From Okamejei kenojei (taxonomy: Eukaryota), in NCBI GenBank assembly GCA_035221665.1, contig CM069140.1, positions 42,160,001 through 42,224,000 on the forward strand: a stretch of DNA of 64,000 nt, given 5' to 3'. Numbering within the stretch: the stretch's first letter is position 1; every line of letters begins with the position of its first letter. Positions 1-12,950 of the stretch are shown in pieces. The notes beneath the pieces were generated by a model that was given only the letters and a program-made list of their open reading frames with translations, was not told the origin of the DNA and did no database searches. The position numbers were made by a program, and so were the translations under genes.

Positions 1-805
1 AAACTTGATATTGAATTTCTAACTTTAGGTTACTGATCCTTCCTTCTGCATTCAAACTGCTCATCTATGCATGTCATAATTTTGGCTCAATTTTGATTTT
101 TCCATTAGTATAGTCTGGCCCACTGGCCACATCCCACAACCTTGCACATTACACACACAAAAGTGCTCCTAAATACTACTTTGACTGCCTTCCCCACTAA
201 TTGATTAGTTCTCACCCTATTCACAGATATTTCCTTTTCGGATTCATGTTCATTCCCATACCTAATTTTCTATTCGAACTAACTTGGTTTTCTTGCTTTC
301 CAGTTCTGATGAATCCTCTGAGAGCTGAAACATTAATTGTTTCCCGATCCTCAGTTGCTGCCCAACTTGCTGACTGTTTCCAACATTTATTACCTTTTAG
401 AATGGTCCAGCTAAAGACAATAAAGATGTTGTTGACCAAATTTGTCAGTATCTAATATTGCTAGCAAGCAAGCATAAATGTTTAAGTAACCTAGGAGCTA
501 CTGTTTAGTTTAAATGTATTGAAAAAGTATAACAAATTTAGATAATTAGGAAGACAGTGAACATGTTGTTTAGTTTTCCATAAATTATAACAAAATATCG
601 ATCATCAATATAAATGGTTACATTCGTTTTTGATGGACAAAATGTTTAAGGGTTGGATTGAAAACTGATCTCGAGACATAAAATTGCAGAAAGAACTGAC
701 CTAAGGAAATGCTGATAATGAGAACAATGGAATGTGAGATAACACATTATGAACATTTTATGAATTCAAGTTAAAAATTGCCAACTTTAAGAACATGTGT
801 ATTGG

Positions 806-1252
806 CAAGAGAATCAAGAGCGTTTTATTGTCATATGTACCCAAACGGAGCAATTAAATGTTTGCAACCAAGGCAGTTCGGAGTTTAGTTGGAGTTCATA
901 GTGTTCAATAGCCTGAAGGTTGTTTGGAAGATGCTATTCTTGAACCTGGATGTTACAGTTTTCAGTATCCTATACCTTCTTCCTGATAGCAGGACAAGAA
1001 AGAGAACATGGCCAGGGCGGTGTGGGTCCTTGGATGATGCTGGCTGTCTTTTTGAGAGCGCCTCCGATAGATCCCTTTGATGATGGGGAAATCAGTACCC
1101 ATGATGGACCAGGCAGTTTTCACCACTTGTTGTAGTCTGTGTTCCTGGGCATTTGAGTTGCCGAACCAGATCATGATGCAACCAGTCAAGATGCTCTCTA
1201 CCGCACTCCTATAGATGTTTGAGAGAGTATTCTTCGACTTACTGAATCTCCT
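806..1252 (-). mobile_element. Rex1/Babar-clade LINE, 3' fragment
   Basis: Minus-strand translation TGCIMIWFGNSNAQEHRLQQVVKTAWSIMGTDFP... resembles the Rex1 ORF C-terminus (LTGCIT.W.GN...RLQRVV.TA..I.G..LP), followed by SRFKNS.F...IRLLN and a GACAATAAA 3' tail. Confidence 0.8.
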
Positions 1253-2719
1253 AAATAATGAATGAATCTACATTTTGTTTGACAATGACTCTTGCCGTAT
1301 TAGTCTATTTCTTGCCATAGTAATCTACCTTCAGTATTTGACATATACAGGTGAAGAATACTGCAGATTCCCAGTAACTTACTTGGCTTCTTTGTGCTTG
1401 CTTCAAATTGGCATTCCTGACTGAAATGTCAACATACTTCTAATGTTGTCAGGCTGCCCAAACAATGAAAATTGCCCAGGTTAACCACAATCCAACTTTT
1501 TCTGACACAGTAATTCTTTTGACAATTTTTTTAATCAACCAATATGGGAATGGAATGAATTTTAATGAAATATAAGTGTCAGAGACTACCATCTCTTAGA
1601 ATTATTGAAACTAGGTCAAAATTCCACACCTGTTCTCCAAAATCAACTTTTATATTGTTAGAAGCAACGAAAGGTTGCCTGGCATCCAACAGGTGGTTTG
1701 TTTGCCGGTGCCAATTAAGTCATTTAAACAATTTACAGGTATTTTTTAATACAGCATAATCAGGTAATTGGCACTGATTTGGATTACAAGTCGATGGCAG
1801 ATAACGTTTATATATGATATGGTTATTATAATATACATCTTATAAAATTAAAAGTAATGTGAAAAAAAAAAATTTAGGGATTAATCTCTGCATTGGAATT
1901 GCATTCTAAGAAACATGGGAACTAGGCATGGGAACCATTGCAAAAGGAACGGATAATTGAGGAGATAGGTAATCAGAAGGAGTGCTTTGGTATTTTATAC
2001 GTGTATCTGTGGGCTCTGCACGAAAATGAGATATTTTTTAATCAATTAAACTGTAGCTTTGTAATCTTCATCAATCCTTTCAAAGGTCACTAAATTAGAC
2101 GTTTCCTTAATTCAAATTGGAAGAGATGAATTTTGTAACAAAGATGTTGAATAACCTTTGATTGGCATCATTTATTTCTGGAGAAAGAGGGAGCTGCTAG
2201 GTTTGCAGATGAGTGGGCAAAAGGGTTATGGTAAAGGGAAATGCAACTAATTAAGAAGAAAGGATGAGGTGGCGATTATGGTGGCAAACGAGTAATGTTA
2301 GAGTCTATCAGGAAGGGATAAAAATGGAAAAATATGTCTATCCCTCCAATTAGAATCAGGGAAGGGAAAATTAATAAATAGACAAAATCAACAACTATTT
2401 GTCTGAATAAGATAAATTAATTCATTTCTAATTAATGCAAATAAGATTAAAAAAACGCAAAGAAAGTACGATCTAATCTGGTTCAACTATGCAAACTCTG
2501 CCATGAGGTTGTAGATAAGCATAAAGCACAGCCATCTCAGGAAGAACGCTAAAGATACACCCAGTGGTGGGCATGTGGAGCCATGTGGAGACATACGGAG
2601 TTTGACTAAGGTTAAAATGTACATATCAAGAAGAAGGTTGGATGAATATCTTACTGTTTTTCTTCGACAATAAATAAACTATTAATCAAGAGACTTATGA
2701 AGATTTATCTTTCGAGATC

Positions 2720-3055
2720 CTAGTGGGATCTAGGATGCAGTAGCCAAGTGGATTAAATATTGGCTTGGAGTACGACTCCAGTGGAGTGTGGCAGTGGAGG
2801 GTTCTTTTTCAGATTGAAGGATTGTGAACAGTAGTGTGCGGCAGGGATCAGTGCTGGGTCCATTGGTATTCCTTATTATTAATCATTTGGATGATAATCT
2901 TGTTAATAAGTTTGCAGACGACACCAAAGTGGGTGGTAAAATGGACTGTGAAAAAGGTTATCTATGAATTCAAAAGGATCCAAATCAACAGGGAAGTGGG
3001 CCAAGGATTGGCAGATGGAATTTACAATGAACAAGTATGAGGTGTTGCATTATAT
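2720..3055 (+). mobile_element. CR1 LINE reverse-transcriptase fragment (degenerate)
   Basis: Encodes QGSVLGPL and SKFADDTK (ataagtttgcagacgacaccaaa), then WAKDWQMEF...KYEVLH. Frameshifted. Confidence 0.85.
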
Positions 3056-5550
3056 TGGCGGGAGAGCAACAAAAGATGTAAAGCTGATGCTGAACAACGT
3101 AAAGAGAATTCACGTGGCGTTGTTTATATCATTAAGATTGTGTTGATTGCAAAGAATCCAGTGGCAAGTTCTTAAAAGATAATGAGCAAAATTCTAAACT
3201 ATTGTTAATAGTTTCAGTAAATAAGTGCACAAATTAAGTAATAAAATATTCAATGAGAATAGTTGAATAGTTTTCTAAGTTGTTGGTTGGATTATATTGT
3301 CCACAAAATTCCCTGATTAATGTTGCATTGTCACTTACATTTGACAATAAAATGAAATAATATCTGGCGAACATTTTTTTTAAATCTGCTGTTTAGGAAA
3401 TTATGCAAATTAGTGAAAAATCAATTCTCTTTAAAATAAAATTGGGGAACATCTACATGGTATAATGTTAGAAGCTAAACATGTTCCATCAGTATTCCTA
3501 TGGATCAATTTAAGAAAACTTTTGACATGATTCAGAGCAAGAAGATCAGTATCATCGTTGCAAACAAAAGAGTAAACTGTGGATATTGGAGCCCATTTAA
3601 TCTATCAAGATGACCCCGCTAGGTTACAGAATGTAGTTTCATGTTGTGATGTTGAGAAATCAGCAAAGAACGTGAAAATGATGCCTTTAATTCAAATACA
3701 CTGCCAAAGAATATCTTGAACAAATTATTTGCACAGATTAGTTAAGTGGGAGGAATGGCAACCAAACCACCAAAAATAAGCTTCAGATAAAAGAGCAAAA
3801 CCAGAATTTATGTTTTTATTACCCAAAGTTGGACTGTTTCCTAGTGCAGCCAATGTATGAATGGTTGACTCTGTGGTTGTGGTTTCCTGCAGATTTATAG
3901 GATGATTCCTGTCCAATTATATAAATAATACATATCTATGCTGACCATAGTTTCATGTCTTTAATGGCAGCAAACGCTGTAAGAAGTTGCACAATAAACT
4001 ACAAGTGATTTGGAAGTCTATTCTACATACAAATATTTTAAAGTTGTTTAATAAGCTAATGCTGAGGAAAGGCTAGTAAAATGCTGAGCCTGAGCTGAAT
4101 CAGCAGGATGACGGTCAGCTTGCCATTAAAAATAATAATCCCCAAACTCATACACTTGTTGGTTGATCTCTATTAGCTCCTGCTTTCCGTGGGCCAATGC
4201 TCAACAGTTCTAAGAACGTGAGGAATTTTCTCCGATTTGTACATCTTAGATTGCTTTAATTTAACTGATGTGCTGTTTATGCACTTCATTTCACTTATTC
4301 AATATATTTATTAGACATTGTTTATATTTTGACACTGGATGGCAACAGTGGAGTTTTAATTGAGATTATACAACTCACTGCCTTATTGGTGTCAGTTGAG
4401 TGCAACTTTTATAAGACAGGACAACCTGTAACATATGTGAAGGTTTTAAAAACAATTCTCAATGCATGTCAAGCTTAATCAGTATATGAGAGGCAGACTT
4501 CTGCCCCCCACAGTTATTTTCAAATCTATCCCTCAATATGGAGCTCAACACAGTTTCCTGGTAAGTTGATTTGTCCAAGATGACTGTTCCCATTGGAGGC
4601 TCTTGGTTGGCTAGGGTTCAAAAGCGGTAATATGTTCAGAAATATTTTGGACAAACAATTAAAAAAAACAGTAGGATGGTATATATTTTGATGGCTTTAG
4701 TGCAGAAGGCCTGGACAGAACTTTGGAAAGCTGCTTTTCGGATTACTTGAGAAACTGTAAAATATGATCCAACAGTGAAAGCAAATTCAAATATCTACAA
4801 GGAAGCAATGCCAGCCAGCCATATTGAATCGTATGTGTCTGTTAGTTTAAGTAAATTGAGCAAGGTTTTTCCATGCTCTGGTTATGCATGAACATTGGCT
4901 ACCATTCCTGTTGTAGATGAAGATCTGAACTAAAGTTAACAAAATACCATTTAGTTTCTTTACAAGAGCACATATGGCCTTAGAAATCAAGTCTCCGGGA
5001 TAATAAGGCCTAAATAATACAATAGCTCTGTGGAATCTAAGTTGAGAACTTCAAAAGCACATAAATGCTTTTAATTATTGACATTGCGTTTTTTTTTAAT
5101 ACTGAATCCATTAATAAGACTGAAGTACGTACTTTTATATGTTCAAATAAGTTAAACAGAGTGGTGCTTATGATGCTGCGTTTCCCATTCAAATTACATA
5201 CTCAAGGATATCTTATTGAAATAGCTATTTTAATAGATGCTTGCTCATCCTCCCATCAGGTTGTGCAATTTCAAGTCTATCCACTGATGCTTATTAAATG
5301 AATACTATTACAATATTGTAATCACCCCCACAAGATGGGACTTAAAGCATCTTTACATTTCAACTAAAAATGTGTTAAGATGGCACAAAATTATTTCCTT
5401 TCTCAGCTGAGTAAATAATAGCATTTCCATGTCTTTAAGTATGTCTTTAAGCAGCCACTATAGTCTTGTCTATTGATACTCACTGTCCATTATCGCAGAG
5501 AGACTTCTATTTCCAAATGATGGTCCTAAAAACAGTAACTGGAGAGGCAA

Positions 5551-5685
5551 TGTGTGGGAAGGAACTGCAGATGCTGGTTTAAACTGAATATAGACACAAA
5601 AAGCTGGAGCAACTCAGCGGGACAGGCAGCATCTCTGGAGAGAAAGAATGGGTGATGTTTTGGGTCGAGACCCTTCTTCAGACTA
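5551..5685 (-). mobile_element. Solo Penelope terminal repeat (pLTR) with degenerate hammerhead motif
   Basis: Similar to the ends of the GIY-YIG elements at 16009 and 41298. The minus strand reads CTGAAGAAGGGTCTCGACCCAAAACATC. Possible TSD ggagaggca (5541-5549) / ggaaaggca (5686-5694). Confidence 0.8.
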
Positions 5686-6481
5686 GGAAAGGCATATATA
5701 AGTGCTTGACATGGAAGATTTCTGAAGGTTCTAAATTGCCGTATGTACCTCCTGGTTAATATTCTCCATGTCTAGAGCGCTCTCAAATTTCCCTCTATGT
5801 CCCTTCTTCATTTTAAGTCGATAAAAGGAAACTGACATTTTGCATTTGCAGAAATCTTGGATGATGGTTTCCATAAACCATGTGCGTATATATACAATAC
5901 GCACACGTATGCACAATGATTGCAGTTGTTAACTAACATCTAACTCAATACAGACTGAAATTTGAACCTTTTAACTTCTGCCCCCCTGAGTATGGTACCA
6001 GTGCTGTATTTGCTCATTGGACAAGCTGTTAAACATTCTTCAGTGTAGAATCTACCTAAATAGCTGACATATTTCCATGATGTTATTAAAACATTGTACT
6101 CCCGCACAATTCCTTTTGAAAGTTTTGATCACATTGATGTGCAGTTTTATAATTTCCAGCACTCACAATTATAATGGAAAATGCCCTTGCAAATGTATGT
6201 TGCCTTTTCAATCTTCTACTAGCAATTCATGGACTAGCTCTAGGACTTCTCTTTAATATTTCCCAAATTATTTTTGCTCTGTCCCCACTAATTTTAAATG
6301 TTTAATAATTTGTCTACATAACTACACCCTGGTTCTAATCTTGCGATATTCCCAAAGGTGGAATGGGTGAGCGTGGGTGGGGAGATAAGTTGGTCTGGTG
6401 TGGGGTACCTTTTCTCAAGTTTGTAAACAAAACTTTTAACTCTGCAGTTGGTACTGCAGAATAATCCATATAGTTTAATTA

Positions 6482-6721
6482 TAGGCAGTCCCTGGGTTAC
6501 ATAAGATTTCCATTCCTGAGAACTGTCTGTAAACAGTTTCTCTTTAAGTCAGAAACATCTGTTTAACATATTATTCTACATATACTTGCTAGATAGAATA
6601 TATACTGTATCCAGTCTTTGTTGAATACGACAAAATAGTTTTTTAAAATTCTTATTGTTTGCAGGAAAATTGCTTTAAAAATGTATGGGAGAATTTGTGT
6701 GTCAGATCATCAGAGCCCCTG
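6482..6721. mobile_element. Old Tigger/pogo-like MITE (tentative)
   Basis: Left end TA|tAGGCAGTCCCTGGGTTAC...TTCCATTCCTGAGAAC resembles Tigger termini; right end CCCCTG|TA. Highly diverged. Confidence 0.4.
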
Positions 6722-8552
6722 TAATTAAATCAGATTGCTTCTAAAATTATATTAATCTTTGTTATTTAACTACTAACACAATTAATTCAGATGGGTATTA
6801 AAATTAGAACAGCTTGTATGATTTTAAACTGTAGACTGAATGATGTGTTTTCCTGATTCATTATCCCCCTGTTTCTCGGTCACCTTTGTCATTTGGTCTG
6901 GAATTTGACTGAATCATCTCTTTCACATATTTAAGGTCTCAATCTCTGCCCATACTTTTACATTCTGAGAGACCATTTACAGTTATCATGTACACTTACT
7001 ATTTAACTAAGACATGTGGCAATTTCTGCTGTTTGAATTTCTGGAGTGTCACAACTGGTAATGTTACAGTAATGAATTAACACAGGCAGTTTGTGTTAGG
7101 CATCTGTGATTGGATTTGGGATTCACCCAAATTAATTGGTCCCTGTGCATGGGTCAGTAGAGTGCCCATCACAAAAAATGACAGGACCTTTTAAGAACTG
7201 CTTTCAGAGGAAAGTGGAAAACCCTAATTTACCTTATATATCCCATATCCTCATACTGTGATATTTTCAGCATTATCCATTGCAATGAGTGGAGATCATT
7301 TACATTTATTAGTATTGATCATGTTTGCAAATTAGTCCCCCTGTAAAATATTCCATAAATCCAGGTTTTGAAGGGCAGATCATTTAAAATGATAAATTTT
7401 AATAAATAGGTTAATTATTTTTCCTTTGTGTTTCTTTTAATGCCTTAACTATATGTATGTGTTCTGATCTTTATGTTTCAAAGATATTTACAACTTTGTT
7501 TCTTCATGGTATGCTAGCTCTGAGAATTCAGAGAAGATTCACTGCTTGATGACGTCAGAGTTGCTGGACACCTCAAATCCTTTTGAACTGATGCCAGGCA
7601 GCAGCAAGCATCAGGTGCTGAGAAGTTGTCAAATTGCTGATCTTTGTGGGGAGCTTTTTCCACGATCAGTTGTGAGCACAGTTTCTTTGTCAGTGGTAGT
7701 CGGGTCAAACAAAGTCGAGCGTTTCAATCGCAGAAGATGAGGCACCAAGTCGCGCGAATGCAACTTTGTTTTCCTTCATACCTTATTGTTTCAAAACACT
7801 GAGAAAGTAAGAGAAATTGTTGTTCCAACCAAACTGGGTGGGTTGGAGGTGGGGAAATTGGGTGGGTGTGGGTGGTCTGCCACTTGAAGCTATTTGTATT
7901 AATCATTGATGCAGAGTCGCAGTTGGAACTAGCATGTTTATACAACACAAAACTGAAGAGTAAATGAGACCCACCTGGGAGTGGAGCTGATTCCCACGTG
8001 TACCGGTATCTGTTGAAGCTTCGGGAGTCATTACACAAAAGGAGCTGTGATATAATCCTCCTCTTGAAACAAGGTACCTATACTTAAACAGAAGTCTCTG
8101 TCAACCAGTGAAAGCAGTCAGAAACTGGAACAAGCAACAACTAAAAGCAGCCAACTATCCCCAGCATTGTCTATTTTTTTCAGGTTTCCAGTATCAGCAG
8201 GATTTTTTTTGCTTTTCAAAAAGCAGTAGGTTGCCTAAATTAACAACAACATTTATTGCATACATTAAGAGGGATTCTTTGGAATTACGGTATAGATCAC
8301 AACAATTTTCTTTGGTGAATCAGGAGCTTCCTTCCTTATAAATTGCAGATTGCAACTGGTTATAAACATCATAGACATTTAAAAAGTCGTTAATTGGATT
8401 ACAAATTGACACGTATCCAGGTTAATGAAGCTTAATATTGAAACAAAACTCATAAAGGTTGCTGTATTTCTTGGACAGTTCATTTTTTTTAACAGAATAA
8501 GTTAATAAGTCTTTTGAATGACTCAAAATTTGTACATGTGGAGGGAGGATAA

Positions 8553-8768
8553 TGCCCCTGTCCCACTTAGGAAACCTGAACGGAAACTTCTGGAGACTTT
8601 GCGCCCCATCCAAGGTTTCCGTGCGGTTCCCGGAGGTTTTTGTCAGTCTCCCTAATGGTCAAAACTGACAAAAACCTCCGGGAACCTCCGGGAACCATAC
8701 GGAAACCTTGGCTGGGGCACAAAGTCTCCAGAGGTTTCCGTTCAGGTTTCCTAAGTGGGACAGAGGCA
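8553..8768. mobile_element. PIF/Harbinger-type palindromic MITE
   Basis: TAA TSD at 8550-8552 and 8769-8771; termini TGCCCCTGTCCCACTTAGG / CCTAAGTGGGACAGAGGCA. Nearly the whole element is one inverted repeat. Confidence 0.9.
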
Positions 8769-9492
8769 TAAGGAAAATTGATGAGAAACGTAATCCCCAA
8801 CGAACATAGTGGTAAGGCAGGTTGAAAACTGATGTTGGTATCAAAGTAATTGGAGACAATTCTTTTTCATTCTGAAATATTGTGGCATGATTTTGTAGCT
8901 TCTTATTGCAAAGCCTTGCTAAGATTGAAGGATTGTTGAATTATTGCAGAACTCGTACTTATTTGAAGGCTGATTCCAGATGCAGAGCATGACATGGAGT
9001 TTTGCTTTATTACCCTATACACAGTCATAGTTCCAGACATCAGCTCAAAGTGCAACAATTATTTTATTCATTTCTTTAATAGCTCAAGAAAGGCTTCCTA
9101 CGGAATGAAGACTCAACGATAATTTATTTCCTCTAATGAATGATCAGATCATTGAGAGAAATGATAAATTATTCATGCAGATGGCTACTTGCTTGTGAGG
9201 GAAACACTGAAAATTTTTTCTAAGTGCATTTATATGCCGAACTAGTGATTAAATAATAAACCAGCAGTGGATAGAACCAGCAGTGAAAAAGACGAGCAGT
9301 GGAACTCTTCTTTTCCATAGATTTTGTTTTATATTTTAGGTGTGAGTGATAACTTCCCAACCGATCTCTAACTATTTCTTCATCAAAAAAATATCCACAC
9401 AAGGAAAGAAGTCTTATTATTTCCTTTAATTGTGAAATTGCTGTTGAAAATTGCTGAATAATGCAGTTTTCAACAGTTAAACCTGGTTTTGG

Positions 9493-9757
9493 AGTTTCAT
9501 TTTCCTGAAAGAAAGGCATCTTGGTGAATTTGAGGAACTATAAAACATTTAATCTTTAATCCTAACTTGGCCAACTAGAATTTGTAGTTGATGGCAAATG
9601 ATGCCGACTATATTTTAACACAGTTTCATTTTCCTGAAAGAAAATCATCTTGGTGAATTTGAGGAACTATAAAACATTTAATCTTTAATCTTTAATCCTA
9701 ACTTGGTCAACTAGAATTGGTAGTTGATGACAAATGATGCCGACTATATTTTAACAC
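9493..9757. repeat. Tandem duplication, two copies (129 and 136 bp)
   Basis: agtttcattttcctgaaagaaa...gccgactatattttaacac at 9493-9621 and 9622-9757; the second copy has an extra TTTAATC and a few substitutions. Confidence 0.95.
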
Positions 9758-12019
9758 GCTGAGTTGAAATGATGAAAATTTCGTATGCATGATGCCAAAA
9801 TACATTTAATTTACATAGTTTACAGTGGATGACACATTCTGTGAGATAGAAATTCTTTAAATCGCATTGATAAAAGTGCATGAGTAAAGGTGATGTAATT
9901 ATTAATTTTGTGAGGAACAGCAATAAATGTCTACCTGCATATTTATGTCCACCCTCTACATATGCAATGCAGCAAAAGATTAACTGAGCTACTTTTGCAT
10001 TGCTGTAGAATTTAACAGGCTATAAATTATGATCTAAATTTAGGGAGCTAATTGCAATTTACTTGATTCCATTAAAGTTATAATTCATGAAATGTTTTAA
10101 TGTTTCTCTAAAACAATGAGTCATAGGTGAAATGTCAAATTGGTTAAGTTGAATGGCTCTATAGTTCTTAAAGTATGGCAATGGAAAGTACCAGAATACT
10201 TCATATTTTGTTCTGAGGGATAAAGAAAAGTTATGACTGCAGTCTTCAACTAGTTTAAATGTGTGGATGGAAACAAAAAACAGCTCATTATGTGTCGTGT
10301 GTTTCAGTGTTCTTCCCTTTTAACTAAAAATGCAAAAGGACTGTTTCTTCAGGTAAAGTGGACAATAGGCAGGAAAGATTCACAAGTCAAGCAGCTGGTT
10401 TATCCGCCACCCCCTATCCCCCTTCATGCATGGACAATACTATAACGATCAATTGAACCAAATGTGCAAAGGTAAACATTGTCGATAGCCTATACTTAAG
10501 CATTTACTGCTAGCAACCAAAGACTAATTTCTCTCCACAATTTCTTTGTTAGGCTACTTTTGAAGCCATTAGCTCTCTCTCATTCTAGTAAAAGCCTGAA
10601 TATTTTTCAGAAGCTAAATGATTGCCTTGTAAACTTCTCTCACTTTCTGAGTTCTTTATTAGGTCCCTATATTTTTGTATTGGTATATTATATTGGTCAG
10701 TTTTGCTGAGTTTTTGGATGTAACTTATGGTTTAACAGAGAGCGATTTTGACCAAAGGAAACTTGGTCCTATAATATAATCTATACTTCCTGAGGTACAT
10801 AATACATATTCAATTTTCAATATCTTCCCTATTTTAGGTTAATATAATGAAAGTTCATCAGTTTTAATGTGAAAAGAAAGGACAATAAACACAATTTTAG
10901 TTCATATGAATAGCCATTCATCAATTTACACAAAGAATGCATCTCTGGAAAACATTTTGTTAAACGATAGTCTGTAAATCAAAAAAGATTGGATGAAATG
11001 CAATGCTGTTGTGTATTCCCATGCATGGAGAGTGGTGTGCTATTTATTATAGAAAGAAAACAGCCTCGTAAATGGAAGAAGCATCCCAGCGAATCAATAG
11101 CACTATTGCAAAAATTCATAAATTGAACATACATAAATCAAGGATTTACGTTGTTTCCATTAACTCTCAAAATGAGAACACGAAAAGTTATTGTCTGTTA
11201 TATGTTTGCACGTGGTTGCCTTGTTTGGAGACTGCCTGCCCCACAAAACTTTCTGAAAAATTTCCAGTATTCATCGGCCACAAGAATTTTATGCCATTCC
11301 ACCCCATTTTTAAAAAAGTACTGCGCCCTTGATTCAAACACTTTCTGTCATTCATACAGGTTAAGTGGTTTATTAGCTGTTGGAAAAGTGTTCATTAATT
11401 CAAGGGCATCATTACTGAGTTTTTTGTTTTGGCATCAATTTTGCTCAGAATTATCTTGTTTAACATTTTCACACACTATTTTATTTTGCGATTTTAACAT
11501 TAAAACGTTTTGACTGTGGAGTATTAACCATTTTAATACCAAGAACCAGATAAAACTTTACACTTTGAATTGATCATTTTCCGTTGATTTTTGATTTAAT
11601 GAAGGACTTGTGTTGGTATTTCACATCTGAGGTAATTTAATAGCATAGAGTATGTTAGCAAGTGAACTGTTACACTAATACAAATGAACAATGTAAGCAT
11701 ATTTGTATACATTAATATAAGATCAACAATTGCACAATAAGATTGAAGTACTCATCAGTTGGTGATCTCTGGCACTAAGATGCTTCTAATGATTTTGTAT
11801 TTTGCATTTTCAGAGTAATTCTGCAAAAAGGAACTCGACAACATTACCCTTTCAGGGAGACTGTTTTTCATCTTTTATTGAAGATCAGCTTGGAGTCGGT
11901 GCTGTAACAATGAAAACTATTTTTTTCCTTTGAATAATGGTCCTTTCAGTGGCAGGTTATTTGAAACCAAAATGAGGGCTTGCCAAGGTCAATAGTTGTA
12001 AAGATGATACTGGATGTAC

Positions 12020-12950
12020 TGAAATAGCAAGAACAGAAAGCATTGGAAATACTCAACAGGTCAAGCTGCATCTGAAGAGAGATTAACTGAGTTAATATTA
12101 AAGGTCAATGACTTTTCACCAGAACAGGGATAAGTGCAAAAAATACATTTTTGGTTGCAGAGAAGAGGGAGGGGTAAAGAGAATAAAGGGATTGTTATTG
12201 ATAGACTGGAGTCCATCAACAAGGTACTTTACCTTGCCTTTTACCTCTTTCCTTCCCACCATCCAGGAACCCAAAAAATGTTTCCATATGAACTCAATAA
12301 TCATTTTTAATTTTTCCAATTTAATGCTCATAATGAACCAAATACAAATTGGGTGAGCACTTGGCAGAATGGCTTTGTTCAGTTGGTAAGGTAACTCTGA
12401 GCTTCATTTCTTCATCCCACTTGCACTTTGAACTCTGGGTGTTAGACTTCCCACACAGTTCCAACAAAGCCCAAAAGAAATTCAAGGAACGTTGTCTCAT
12501 CTTCCTTCTAGTCGTCCTACAGTTCTCAGGATTCAAAATTGACTCCAATGATTTTAGATAACCAATCTTTACAGTTTGTGTCAGAACTACCCAGTTTTGA
12601 TGTTAATCAGCAACCTGTAGCGTCTTAAGCATTCCATTTTGTTTCAGATATCTCATAAAGGCTGTGTTATGCATCTCACCGATCCAACATTTGTTTTACT
12701 CCATCTGTCATTTTTGTCCCTTTATTTATACATCTCCCAGATTAAAAAACCATGATTCATGTTTTCACCACTCTGTCCCAGATATTCCCTTTATTCTTTA
12801 TGCAAATATGTTTAATTTCTCATGTTTCCTTGTTCCAATAAAATGTTATTGACCTGGGATGTTAATATTATTTCTCTCCCTGTAGAAGCTGCCTGACGTG
12901 TTGTATATTTTAACCATATTCAGTTTTAATTTTAGATTGCCAGCATCTAG
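12020..12950 (+). mobile_element. Ancient Penelope-like element: inverted pLTR, GIY-YIG C-terminus, pLTR
   Basis: ORF 12349-12561 GEHLAEWLCSV...NKAQKKFKERCLIFLLVVLQFSGFKIDSNDFR* aligns with GDRFAEHFRSV...KLEEQHLIFRLGSLHPLGLNIEFSQFC* at 16324. pLTR-like ends at about 12020-12125 (inverted) and 12840-12950. Confidence 0.65.

Noticed and set aside
7514-8038. ORFs 7546-7740 (+), 7514-7708 (-) and 7724-8038 (-) as coding exons
   Set aside because: No recognisable domain and no coherent splice-site and frame combination; kept only as a regulatory candidate.
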